Origin: Candidatus Dadabacteria bacterium
GTDB lineage: Bacteria; Desulfobacterota_D; UBA1144; Nemesobacterales; Nemesobacteraceae
Reading direction: 5' to 3'
Assembly (NCBI GenBank): GCA_951812735.1
Contig: OX638332.1
Location: 1,362,508 to 1,426,507, forward strand
DNA length: 64,000 nt
In this document: in pieces, positions 51,800 through 62,469 of the stretch
How positions within the stretch are numbered: position 1 is the stretch's first letter
How the letters are laid out: each line of letters opens with the position of its first letter
The notes under the pieces: model-generated
The model's input: only the letters and a program-made list of their open reading frames with translations
Databases searched by the model: none
What the model was told of the DNA's origin: nothing
Made by a program: the position numbers and the translations under genes

Positions 51800-51857
51800 T
51801 GGGTTTTGTGGTAATTTCATGTTATAAGTTTGGCAAGATCATTTTTTCCGTTATAAT
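51800..51857 (+). repeat. IS-terminus copy A, inverted relative to copy C. It includes a complete outward sigma70 promoter: TTGGCA (51830-51835), 16 bp, TATAAT (51852-51857).
   Basis: TTTGTGGTAATTTCATGTTATAAGTTTGGCAAGATCATTTTTTCCGTTATAA. Near-identical to copy B and similar to the reverse complement of copy C. Confidence 0.65.
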
Positions 51858-52254
51858 TGAAGCGACGGGGGACAGCCCAGTTCAGACCCCCCTCCAGGTG
51901 CCGACCACCACCGTCGTAGGGGGCAAGGAGGATCTGAGCTCAGTGGACGACTGGCCGTACGTGGACGTATCGTTCCCCTCCTCTTATAACCCGCCGACGA
52001 ACTTCGGCTGGCTGCGAATAGACGTGGATTTCCAGTATATGGGGCAGAGTGCGTACGAGCAGGTCATACACAATAAAGGCGCTGGGGAACGGGCTTAAAA
52101 CAACCAGCGTCAGGCTGAGACCTGCTGGTGCTCCGAGCAACCGGCTCCAGCTCTCGATGCGGGCAGTCGTCACGATTGAGGTCAGGGCTGTACCGTCGGG
52201 AACCGCGTCTATTGAAAGAACCGTGACCACGTAAGAACACACCATTCTTGTTCA

Positions 52255-52289
52255 GCGCGGGGATTCGCTGGCTCCCCGCGCTTTTAATC
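52255..52289 (+). terminator. Rho-independent terminator closing the orphan transcription unit that starts near 51864
   Basis: gcgcgggg-attcgctggct-ccccgcgc hairpin followed by ttttaatc. Confidence 0.6.
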
Positions 52290-52301
52290 AATCCATTATG
52301 C

Positions 52302-52685
52302 TTATCGCTTGCCTAAATCCTCAGATTCATCCTCAACAGATGCAATGCATGTACCAAAACTTGCCATGACTTCATCATCACCAAGCGTTCCGTCGCCATT
52401 TTTGTCAAAACCCACCCGCGTTGTAGTTCCGGTTAAACCCTCATCGCAGTTCTTGTTGTCTGAAAATACAGCCAAAGCTGCAAGCTCTTTCGATCGCTCT
52501 ACTCCAGTGCCGCCTATTACGTATTCTTCCTTGCCATCGCCGCAAAGCCCTCTCGCGTCTGCTATAACCGCGGACTGGTCTTTCTGGTCGGCGCAGAAGA
52601 TGACCTCACCGGCCAGTGAATCGCCAGCACCGATAAACGTCGCTAATACTGAAAACGTTAATATTGAAATTGCTATCTTTTTCAT
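52302..52685 (-). CDS. Secreted small EF-hand calcium-binding protein
   Basis: 127 aa with a type I signal peptide, a canonical EF loop DKNGDGTLGDDE, four Cys and the RBS aaggag. It starts 50 bp after the stop of the upstream PRP/collagen gene. Confidence 0.65.
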   Translation of the reverse strand: MKKIAISILTFSVLATFIGAGDSLAGEVIFCADQKDQSAVIADARGLCGDGKEEYVIGGTGVERSKELAALAVFSDNKNCDEGLTGTTTRVGFDKNGDGTLGDDEVMASFGTCIASVEDESEDLGKR

Positions 52686-52735
52686 TTCTTATCTCCTTTG
52701 TTTTTTATTTAACGCAAAACGCCTCGTTGCTGTCC

Positions 52736-53956
<1,221 letters not shown>

Positions 53957-54100
53957 AATTTCCTCCAGATAATCCTTTATAAATTCAGAAGATAAAACTC
54001 CTGCCCCCTATCGTAAAAAAAGAATATCGGCTTTTTTTAATCTGCAACCACCACCCCAGATTCTATTTTCCCTCCCCCCGACTTGTCAAGACATTTTTTC

Positions 54101-55523
54101 GGTAGTGCTCGGAATTTTTCGCAAATTTAAGTTTTCAGCATTTCTTCAGTTTGAGAATCAAAGACTCATGAGTCTTTGATTCTCAAAATCCGGTCTTTGT
54201 CCATTACCCTACCTCAACTTCCTCCTTTCTGTCCATTTCCCTCAGCAAATCCATGTCCAGATACCTCCTGCTTCCCCACTTGGTCCCCGATATATGCCTT
54301 AACCTCGCCGCGCACAACATCAACGCACTCTGCCCGTCAGGGAAGGCTCCCACAACACGGGATCTTCTCCTTATCTCCTTTATGATCCTCTCCATCGGAT
54401 TGTTCGTCCGGACCCTGCGCCAGTGTGACGACGGAAACCCATAGTAACAAAGAGTCTCTTCAATGTTCTCCTCCACCCACTTAGCCGCCGAGCCCAGTCG
54501 CATCTCTTTCAGCTTCTTTATAGCTTCCCTTGCTTTTGCCCTCGCGACCTCCTTGCTCTCTGAAGCATGTATGGCCTTTAACATCAGACTCACCTCCCCA
54601 ACCCTGCCCCGAGGCACGTAACTGAACACGTTGCGATAAAAGTGAACCACGCAACGCTGCCAAAGCGCCTCCGGATAAAAATCCCCTATGCTCTCAACCA
54701 ACCCCAAACACGCGTCGCTTATGAACATCCGCACCCCACTAAGCCCCCTTTGCTTCAGATGACGCAGAAACCCGCTCCACCCGGCCTTGTCCTCTTTCGC
54801 CCCCTCCACAACCCCCAGAACCCTGCGATAACCATCTCTGCCCACCCCTATGGCTATAAGAACCGACACGTTGCCCACTTCTCATCCCCAGCTGCGCTTG
54901 AGACTCACCCCGTCAAGATAAACATAGGGAAACTCTCCTTCTATGGGCCTGTTTCTCCACTTCTCTATGTGCTCGTACACGCTACAGTTGAGCTTCGATA
55001 CCGTGGCCGAACTCACCCGCGTGTCCCAAAGTGCTTCTGTAATATCCGCCACCCGCCGCGTGGATACTCCCGCAAGATACATCTCCACCAGGGCTTCTTC
55101 GACTGATGACTCCCTTCGCCTGTATCGCTCTATTACGGCCGTCTGGAATCTCTGCTCCCGAAGCTTGGGCACCTTCAGCGTTACTTCTCCAGCCTTGGTC
55201 TGGAGCTTTCTTGTGTAGCTTCCGCAACGATAGTCCTGGCGATCCGAACTTCGCTCGTACCGCGCTGCCCCAACCATCTCATCTGCTTCAGAGTCAAGAA
55301 CCTTGTTCAATACTTCCTCTACCGTATCGGTGACTATGGAGCTTAGATGATCCCTAAGCTCCTCGTGGTTAATCTGAATTACCTTTTTGGGGCTCTTCGC
55401 TGTATAATCTCTCATGGCGGTGTTTCCTCCTGTTAAATAAATTTAAGAGCACTATTTATCTAACCGGATTCATGAAGAAATGCCGCCTTCCTTTTTAATT
55501 TGCGAAAGATTTAAAGCGTTATC
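54101..55523 (-). mobile_element. IS256-family insertion sequence with roughly 40-bp imperfect terminal inverted repeats and an 8-bp target duplication ATTTTTTC
   Basis: Ends GGTAGTGCTCGGAATTTTTCGCAAATT... and ...AATTTGCGAAAGATTTAAAGCGTTATC. ATTTTTTC lies at 54093-54100 and again at 55524-55531. The element is 1,423 bp. Confidence 0.75.
54204..55415 (-). pseudogene. IS256-family (Mutator-type) transposase interrupted by one in-frame TGA
   Basis: The N-terminal ORF (177 aa) and the C-terminal ORF (224 aa) are in the same frame, separated by a TGA at 54882-54884. Other genes in the window use TGA as a stop. Confidence 0.75.
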
Positions 55524-55799
55524 ATTTTTTCTCGCTGCTGGTATAGTTTGAGAGCTCATTTTGCCAAATGAATAAGACAGTTTTACCACTAAGAACTGAC
55601 CCGGCTATCCGTCACACCTGCTTTGATGCAGGCTTAACTAAAATAGATATATTAGAAGGAGATTGAGAGGGGTTTTAAACCCGATTTAAAGCCCGTCGGA
55701 GCTTCTATAAAAGAGCCTTAAACAGCCATTAAATACCCATTAAAACTTAAGAGAATTACTTAATCTGTCGGCTTTTTTAGTTAACATAATATGCCCATT

Positions 55800-55861
55800 T
55801 CTGCGAATTTTGTGGCAATTTCATGTTATAAATTTGGCAAGATCATTTTTCACGTTATAAT
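55800..55861 (+). repeat. IS-terminus copy B, which forms the right terminus of the 6.35-kb insertion. It carries TTGGCA (55834-55839), 16 bp, TATAAT (55856-55861).
   Basis: About 95% identical to copy A over the last 60 bp. A diverged region of about 100 bp further in is also shared with copy A. Confidence 0.65.
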
Positions 55862-56724
55862 CGGAGAATCTCAATATCGGTTGGCCCGCCCCCCTCGGCC
55901 TTAAGCTTTTCGTTCATGGTCTCTATAATCTTATCGATAGAGTCTTTGATCTCCTTGAGCTGACGATCCGCCACCTTCAGCCGCTCAACAACCGATGTTA
56001 TATGGAAGATGCAGCTCCGCACGGTCGCGTCGCTCACGTTTATTTCCTCGGCCCTCAGTATCTTGAGCGCCTCCTCCGCGCCAATACGCCTTACTCTGTT
56101 GCGTTTGAGAATCTTCTGCACTGTGGAGGCTCTTTTCCCCTTTGCCGCACAAGGACAAGGCATAAGCTCCCAAAGCTCCAGATGCCATGGCCTTACGGTA
56201 CTGCCGAGAAGTTCTTCAAACTGGGGGTAATACCTCCACAGCAGTGCGCGAAGACGGTTTACAAGACGCGTACGCTCCGATGTGAGCTCCTCTCTGGTTC
56301 TGTTGAACTCACGCAGAGCTATGACATCGCAGTCCTGCGGTTCGACGTAGCGGAAGTGCTTGCGGTCCGTGCGGAGCGCCGAGGCGAGAACCAAAGCGTC
56401 TTTTCTGTCATCCTTGGCTCCTGAGACGCAGAACCTGTCCCTGAAGCGGTCAAGCTGCTTCGGATTTATGGAATAAACCATAAATCCCTGTTCACAAAGA
56501 CTTTCCACCACCGGGCCTTGGTTCACCTCTATGGCCACGGCCATGTCGCAGTCCTCAGAGCCTGACACTTCCCTCATCCACTGAGACATTTCAAAAAGAC
56601 CTCCTCCGGTATGCTTGAAGCTTTTTTCTCCGACGACGGAACCTTCCTGGTTGACGACGCAGACCTGGTGAGAGTTTTTCCCCCAGTCAATGCCTGCAAA
56701 AAATAGAGATTTACCATTCTTCAT
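55858..56724 (-). pseudogene. IS110-family recombinase, N-terminal DEDD/RuvC-like domain plus linker, truncated by the 6.35-kb insertion
   Basis: MKNGKSLFFAGIDWGKNSHQVCVV..., then the coiled-coil linker, ending ...TDIEILR just before the conserved SIPGVG. Confidence 0.8.
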
Positions 56725-56742
56725 GTAAATTAATATCTCCAT

Positions 56743-56895
56743 ATGTATTCGGGTTTGCCGTGATGCTTGACAGAACCAGTACCGGCGCTCGATGGCGCAA
56801 ACTTCCTGTTGGGCATTTATCACGGCGCTTGACCGAGGCGCTTGTCCTGACTAGGTGCTCGATGGCACAGGTAAAATTAGGCAGCTCTCGGTCAG
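56743..56895 (-). ncRNA. Candidate IS110-type bridge RNA encoded in the left-end leader of the split recombinase
   Basis: About 150-170 nt of non-coding sequence between a palindromic TATAAT (window 56899-56907) and the recombinase start. It has two stem-enclosed modules (cctgac...gtcagg and ccgtgat...atcacgg), each containing GCCATCGAGCRCC. Confidence 0.35.
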
Positions 56896-57031
56896 GCAAC
56901 CCGTGAATTAATTATAATTTCGATTTGATTTTTTCGCTTGATTTAAGCTTTTAGAAGGGTACTGGTATAATTGGAAAACGGACTCAAGTTTGCGAACATC
57001 CGTCAGTACAGCACTTAATGGAGGAATCAAG

Positions 57032-57478
57032 GTGTCAAGAAAACATTGTTTTTCGGTTGTTTTTATCTTGGTTTTTTCCCTCGTGACCACCACGGTGGCT
57101 CGCGCGGAAGAAGACAGATACACGGTCGTGGTAGAAGAGAGCTTCTATACCGTGGCGCCCGAGAACCGCGAGGAGTTTCTCAGGGTATACAGAACGCGTC
57201 TTTTTCCTTTCTGGCAGGAGATGAAAAAGATGGGTATCACCGTTGACGATTACAGGATGTATTCACAGAGAATACATACCGTAAAGCCGCTTTGGACCTA
57301 CAAGACCGTAGTTAAATTCAAAAACTACGCGGCTATAGACAAGTGGCTTGAAATAAGAGACGAGGTATACGGGAAGATGTTTCCCGGAGAAAAGGGTTAC
57401 AAGGAACCGAGAAAAATAATAGATGCCATTTCAGGGAACCACTGGGACGAGTTCATACGGGAAATTCCTCTTGACTGA
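57032..57478 (+). CDS. Hypothetical secreted protein
   Basis: GTG start after GGAGGAATCAAG, then the signal peptide VSRKHCFSVVFILVFSLVTTTVARA. No domain was recognised. Confidence 0.5.
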   Translation: MSRKHCFSVVFILVFSLVTTTVARAEEDRYTVVVEESFYTVAPENREEFLRVYRTRLFPFWQEMKKMGITVDDYRMYSQRIHTVKPLWTYKTVVKFKNYAAIDKWLEIRDEVYGKMFPGEKGYKEPRKIIDAISGNHWDEFIREIPLD

Positions 57479-57497
57479 CTTCGGATTTTTGCGCGGC

Positions 57498-58523
57498 TCA
57501 GAGAAGCTTCGGCTGGCCCTCACTTGGGGTGAGTCCCATGTGCCTGTATGCAAGCTGCGTAGCCTTTCTTCCCCTGGGAGTTTTCTCCACAAGCCCCTCC
57601 CTTATAAGGAAAGGTTCATAGACATTTTCTATCGTATCTTTCTCTTCGCTTACCGCGGCTGAGATCGTATCTATTCCCACCGGACCGCCTCCGAATTTTT
57701 CGATTATGGCGGTAAGTATCGCCCTGTCGAGGTTGTCAAGGCCCATTGAATCGATCTCAAGCATCGAAAGCGCGTCCTTGACAACGGGTTCGGTTATACG
57801 CCCGTCCGATTTCATCTGAGCATAGTCCCTTACCCTCTTAAGAAGCCTGTTGGCTATCCTGGGAGTTCCCCTTGCTCTTGAAGTCATCTCGAGGGCGCCT
57901 TCGTCCGTTATCTCGACTCCGAGAATCCCGGAGGATCTTTTCACTATGGTTGAGAGCTCTTCGGTGTTGTAGTAATCAAGCCTGAGTTCGACTCCGAAAC
58001 GGGAGCGAAACGGGGAGGTAAGAAGTCCCGTCCTTGTGGTCGCTCCTATGAGTGTGAACCTGTCGAGGTTTATCTTCACTGATCTCGCCGTCGGACCTTC
58101 TCCTATCATAAGGTCAATGGTGAAATCCTCCATCGCGGAATAGAGGTATTCCTCAACGACCCTGTTTATCCTGTGTATCTCGTCGACGAAAAGTACGTCC
58201 TTTTCGCCGAGATTGGTGAGCATGGAAGCAAGATCCCCGGTTCTTTCAAGAACCGGCCCCGAAGTGAGATGAAGATTTACCCCCAGTTCATTTGCGAATA
58301 TGTGCGCGAGGGTGGTCTTCCCGAGTCCCGGGGGACCGGAGAGGAGAACGTGGTCAAGGGCTTCGCCCCTTGCCTTGGCGGCGCCGATGAATATGTCTAC
58401 CTGCTCCTTTACGCTCGCCTGCCCGATAAAGTCCTTAAGTAAGGCGGGACGGAGATTTATGTCCGTGAGTTCATCTGTTTCCGTGTATTCGGGCGAAACG
58501 GTTTTTCTTTCGTTCTGCGACAT
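57498..58523 (-). CDS. ruvB: Holliday junction branch migration ATPase RuvB
   Basis: Walker [10 protein letters not shown] and the RuvB AAA+ and winged-helix C-terminus. Confidence 0.95.
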   Translation of the reverse strand: MSQNERKTVSPEYTETDELTDINLRPALLKDFIGQASVKEQVDIFIGAAKARGEALDHVLLSGPPGLGKTTLAHIFANELGVNLHLTSGPVLERTGDLASMLTNLGEKDVLFVDEIHRINRVVEEYLYSAMEDFTIDLMIGEGPTARSVKINLDRFTLIGATTRTGLLTSPFRSRFGVELRLDYYNTEELSTIVKRSSGILGVEITDEGALEMTSRARGTPRIANRLLKRVRDYAQMKSDGRITEPVVKDALSMLEIDSMGLDNLDRAILTAIIEKFGGGPVGIDTISAAVSEEKDTIENVYEPFLIREGLVEKTPRGRKATQLAYRHMGLTPSEGQPKLL

Positions 58524-59108
58524 CTAGTTTCTGATTACCTTAAGAGAATCCCGAAGCACGTCCTCTATGGAACCTGCGGCTTCAATGATTTTCTTGATCT
58601 CGGGGGTCTTTTTCTCCACCTCGGCCCTCGTGTAGCCAAGGTTAAGCAGTGCGGAAATCGTATCGTCAAATATGGTGCCCAAGCCTGGAGACTCTTCGTC
58701 TGTGGCTAAATCGTCAAGCTTGTCCTTGAGTTCGTTTACTATCTTGGTGGCGGTCTTGGCACCGATCCCGCGGATTTTCCTCTGCGCCAGGTTTTCGTTT
58801 ATTATGGACCTTACAAGTTCCGGGACGGAGATGTTTGAGAGCACGTTCGTCGCGGCTTTCGGTCCTATGCCGGAGACGCCGATCAGTTTTTCGAAGAGTT
58901 TTTTCTCCGCGTTCGTGAGAAAACCGAACAGCTCAATGCTGTTTTCCCTGTGGCTTGTGTGTATTCTGAGTTCGACCTGCTCCCCTACGGCCCCCAGATC
59001 ATAGTAAGTCGAAAGCGGAACGGTAATGCCGTAGCCGACGCCGTTTACATCGACGATGACGGTTCCGATTTCCTTACAAGCGATTTCGCCTCTAAGCAGA
59101 TAGATCAT
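58524..59108 (-). CDS. ruvA: Holliday junction DNA helicase RuvA
   Basis: MIYLLRGEI... N-terminus, HhH motifs (GIGPKAA, GIGAKTA) and a C-terminal domain III. Confidence 0.9.
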   Translation of the reverse strand: MIYLLRGEIACKEIGTVIVDVNGVGYGITVPLSTYYDLGAVGEQVELRIHTSHRENSIELFGFLTNAEKKLFEKLIGVSGIGPKAATNVLSNISVPELVRSIINENLAQRKIRGIGAKTATKIVNELKDKLDDLATDEESPGLGTIFDDTISALLNLGYTRAEVEKKTPEIKKIIEAAGSIEDVLRDSLKVIRN

Positions 59109-59631
59109 TTGCCGTGAATCTCTTTTTCCTGCGCCGGTTACGCGCCCCGCCAAGCGTACCGTCCGGCAGTCCGTATTTTGAAAGGCTTAAGTGGCAGATT
59201 GCGATTGCAAGCGCGTCGGACTCATCCGTGCTCCCAAATTCGCTTATCCCGAGCATATAGGAAAGCATCTTCTGCATCTCTTCCTTGCCCGCCCTTCCTC
59301 TGCCGGTCAGGGCGAGTTTTACCCTCGTGGGCGCGTACTCGCTTACGGGGATTCCTCTTTGCGCGGCCGCTAGGATCGCTATTCCTCTTGACTGGCCGAG
59401 TTTTATGGCGCTTCTCGCGTTTTTGGCGAAAAACATCTCCTCGATTGATACGATCGATGGAGCGTAATCGTCAATTACTCTCAGGATACCGACGTAGATG
59501 TCGTTCAGTCTTTCGGGGGCGGAATTTCCGGGGGTGGGGGAGATCGTTCCGCTGGTTACGTAATTCAGCCGGTTTCCCGCGCCGTCCACGATTCCGTAGC
59601 CGCATGACCTTGATCCTGGGTCGATTCCCAT
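59092..59631 (-). CDS. ruvC: Crossover junction endodeoxyribonuclease RuvC
   Basis: MGIDPGSRSCGYGIV start and RNase H-like fold acidic residues. Confidence 0.9.
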   Translation of the reverse strand: MGIDPGSRSCGYGIVDGAGNRLNYVTSGTISPTPGNSAPERLNDIYVGILRVIDDYAPSIVSIEEMFFAKNARSAIKLGQSRGIAILAAAQRGIPVSEYAPTRVKLALTGRGRAGKEEMQKMLSYMLGISEFGSTDESDALAIAICHLSLSKYGLPDGTLGGARNRRRKKRFTANDLSA

Positions 59632-59650
59632 GACCCTGGTTTCGGAGTTT

Positions 59651-60397
59651 TTATCCAATTGCTTCGAGTAACTGTTCGTCTATATCGAAATTGGCGTACA
59701 CGTTCTGAACGTCGTCGCTGTCTTCAAGCGCTTCCATCAGCCTTATCATGTGCTCGGCATCCCGGCCTTCGATTCTGACGTTTGTCTGGGGTATCATGGT
59801 GACTTCGGCTGATTCATACTGGATTCCGGCGTCGGAGACCGCCCTCTTTACTGTTTCATAGCTCTCCGTGGGGGTTATAACCACGATATCGCTGTCCTCG
59901 GTACGCACGTCGTCGGCTCCTGAATCTATCACCAGATCGAAAAGGGTATCCTCATCGATCGAGTCTCCCGTAAATGCAATTCTGCCCTTAAGGTCGAACA
60001 TCCACGCCACGCAGCCGTTCTCCCCGAGTCCCCCGCCGTGCTTCGTGAATAGTCTTCTTATTTCGGAGACGGTTCTGTTTTTGTTGTCAGTAAGGGTTTT
60101 TACGTATACGGCGCTTCCGCCGGGTCCGTACCCTTCGTAAAATATCTCGTTGTAGACTACTCCCTCAATATCCCCTGTACCCCGTTTTATAGCCCTGTCG
60201 ATCGTGTCGTTGGGCATGTTAGCGCCTTTCGCGGTAGCTACGGCGGTGCGAAGACGGGGATTGGATTCGGGGTCGCCTCCTCCTTCCTTAGCGGCAACAG
60301 TAAGCTCCCTGATAAGCTTGGTGAATACCTTGCCCCGCTTGGCGTCAACCGCGGCTTTTCTGTGTTTTATGTTTGCCCATTTGGAATGGCCCGCCAT
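59651..60397 (-). CDS. yebC: YebC/PmpR-family DNA-binding transcriptional regulator
   Basis: [14 protein letters not shown] signature; 248 aa. Confidence 0.93.
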   Translation of the reverse strand: MAGHSKWANIKHRKAAVDAKRGKVFTKLIRELTVAAKEGGGDPESNPRLRTAVATAKGANMPNDTIDRAIKRGTGDIEGVVYNEIFYEGYGPGGSAVYVKTLTDNKNRTVSEIRRLFTKHGGGLGENGCVAWMFDLKGRIAFTGDSIDEDTLFDLVIDSGADDVRTEDSDIVVITPTESYETVKRAVSDAGIQYESAEVTMIPQTNVRIEGRDAEHMIRLMEALEDSDDVQNVYANFDIDEQLLEAIG

Positions 60398-60779
60398 CTC
60401 AGCTCACCCCCTTTAGTTTTTTTTGTCTTTGCATATTTTCTCCTCTCAATTATAACTGGAAATTCCCTCAAATTGCCACAACGATACGAAAACCACCGCG
60501 GTGGACGGGGAGTGGTGCGAAAGCCGAAGTCCTGTAGAGAGTACGTTATATGACCGGTTTTTAAGCACACGAGTTGAGACTGTGAAGTTATTCTAGGGCG
60601 GTGAAGTATTTACGAAGCACCGAGGCTCGACAGGATATTGAAAGAGTATTGTCCCTCCTCCCGATTCAAACCACCTAAAACAGCGTAATTATCTTTGTAT
60701 TTCAGGCAGTTAGCCATTGATATCACCCCTTTTCCAAGGTACAATTATATCATTCATTCATACCGAGGTGGAACACAAT

Positions 60780-62249
60780 ATGAACCAACGCCGATACAAG
60801 CCCACGCTTGACCGTGAACAGAGACTGCTTCTGCCCGAGCGGGTGGAGGATTACGTGGGGGAGAACCATCAGATTCGGGCTCTGGACGCGTATGTTGATA
60901 CCCTTGATTTGGCGGCCCTGGGGTTCAAGCACACAGAGACAGGTACCGTGGCGGGGCAGCCGCCATATAATCCCCGGGCACTGCTTAAGCTTTACCTGTA
61001 CGGGTATCAGCAGGGGATACGCAGCAGCCGCAAGCTTGAGGCGGAAACCCGAAGGAACCTTGAAGTGATCTGGCTTGTGAAAGGGTTACGGCCCTCCTAC
61101 AAGAGCATTGCGGATTTCCGCAAGGACCACGTGCGACAGTTGCGGGAGGTTAACCGGGATTTTGTTTTGCTGTGCAGGGAGCTTTCGCTGTTGGGCGGAG
61201 AGGATGTGGCGGTTGACGGTTGTTTCTTCAAGGGGGATGCGAGCAGGGCGAGCATAGAGACCGAAGCTTACATAGACAAGGCTTTGGAGGAGATAGACAG
61301 GAAGATAGAAGAGTATCAGCAAGCCCTTGAGGATACCGACGCTGTCGACGACAAAGCCGGTGCGGCAGATACAAGGGACGATGAGGTTTTATCGGAGAAG
61401 CTTGAGAGGATGAAGCGGAGGCAGGCGGAGAAACGGGATCTTAAAGGTCGTATTGAGAGAAGCGGGAGTTCACAGGTATCGACTGTGGATCCCGACGCGA
61501 GGCTGCTTAGGAAACGGGGACAGGTGGTAGCCGGTTACAACGCGCAGATAGCAGTGGACTCAAAGCACAAGCTTGTGGTCACGGAAGACGTGGTTCAGGA
61601 TGGGACGGATACTCATCAACTGGCCGGGATGCTTGTGGAGACAAAAAGAAGACTTGGGGTTGAGGAGTTAACGGGTCTGGCTGACGGGGGTTACTACGAG
61701 AGCACAGGGCTCAAGGAGTGCGAGGAAGAGAATATCACGGTTTATGTTCCGGTTCCTGACAAAAGCGGGGGGATAAGAAGCAGGGGGCGCTACAGCCTGG
61801 ATGAATTCACTTATGACACCGAAGGGGATCATTATTATTGTCCTCAGGGAAAGCGATTGACTCCCTGCAGAAAGCCTGTGGTTCGAAGCGGGAAGAGATA
61901 CGTTGTATATCTCAGCAGAAGTGTTGAGTGCAAGGCGTGTTCGATGCGCAAGCATTGTATTGGCGACAGTGCAAAGACCAGAGTAATACAGCGCTGGGAA
62001 TATCAGGAAGTGCTTGACAGGCACAAGGAGAGGATGGAGCGGGGAAGAGTCGTGGAACATCCGTTTGGGACATTAAAAGGCAGATGTGGTCTTCACCAGT
62101 TTTTGATGAGGGGGTTGGAGAAGTGTCGGGGTGAGTTCAGCTTGATGGCGATGGCCTACAACTTCACTCGGGTGCTGAACATCATGGGGGCACAAAGACT
62201 CAGGGAGCATTGCGTCGGGCGGAGGGTGTATGGCCTGCAAATGGCCTGA
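60780..62249 (+). CDS. IS1182-family (IS5-related) DDE transposase
   Basis: N-terminal YNPRALLKLYLYGYQQGIRSSRKLE motif, a DDE core (DPDARLLRKRGQ...GYNAQIAVD...ADGGY) and a C-terminal Cys cluster. Confidence 0.8.
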   Translation: MNQRRYKPTLDREQRLLLPERVEDYVGENHQIRALDAYVDTLDLAALGFKHTETGTVAGQPPYNPRALLKLYLYGYQQGIRSSRKLEAETRRNLEVIWLVKGLRPSYKSIADFRKDHVRQLREVNRDFVLLCRELSLLGGEDVAVDGCFFKGDASRASIETEAYIDKALEEIDRKIEEYQQALEDTDAVDDKAGAADTRDDEVLSEKLERMKRRQAEKRDLKGRIERSGSSQVSTVDPDARLLRKRGQVVAGYNAQIAVDSKHKLVVTEDVVQDGTDTHQLAGMLVETKRRLGVEELTGLADGGYYESTGLKECEEENITVYVPVPDKSGGIRSRGRYSLDEFTYDTEGDHYYCPQGKRLTPCRKPVVRSGKRYVVYLSRSVECKACSMRKHCIGDSAKTRVIQRWEYQEVLDRHKERMERGRVVEHPFGTLKGRCGLHQFLMRGLEKCRGEFSLMAMAYNFTRVLNIMGAQRLREHCVGRRVYGLQMA

Positions 62250-62469
62250 GAGGTGGAGAGAAACCTGCTGATTTGAGATTGTGGCGCCAGATCAGGGGTA
62301 TTGAAGCATATCTGGAAGGTTTTTAACCTCTTCAATCAAAAAATACACGCGTTCTTGACGATCCGTTCATTTTTTAACAACCATCCCCTCAATAACTTCA
62401 CAGTCTCGAGTTGTCCGGTTTGTCTAGGATAGGAGTTGACTAGATTTATCTCCTCTGGAGAAGGAGGAG

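Noticed and set aside
51799-52098. 99-aa listed ORF starting at 51799
   Set aside because: Its first 20 codons lie inside the IS terminus and its promoter boxes, upstream of the likely transcription start. Only the distal GTG-initiated 51-codon part is a plausible coding region, and even that is uncertain.
54879-54884. In-frame TGA in the IS256 transposase, and in-frame TAG in tnpB at 13883, as possible stop-codon reassignment or programmed read-through
   Set aside because: Many confidently identified genes in the window terminate with TGA (leuB, for example) or TAG. Each event is a single isolated codon in a mobile-element gene. Ordinary nonsense mutations are the simpler explanation.
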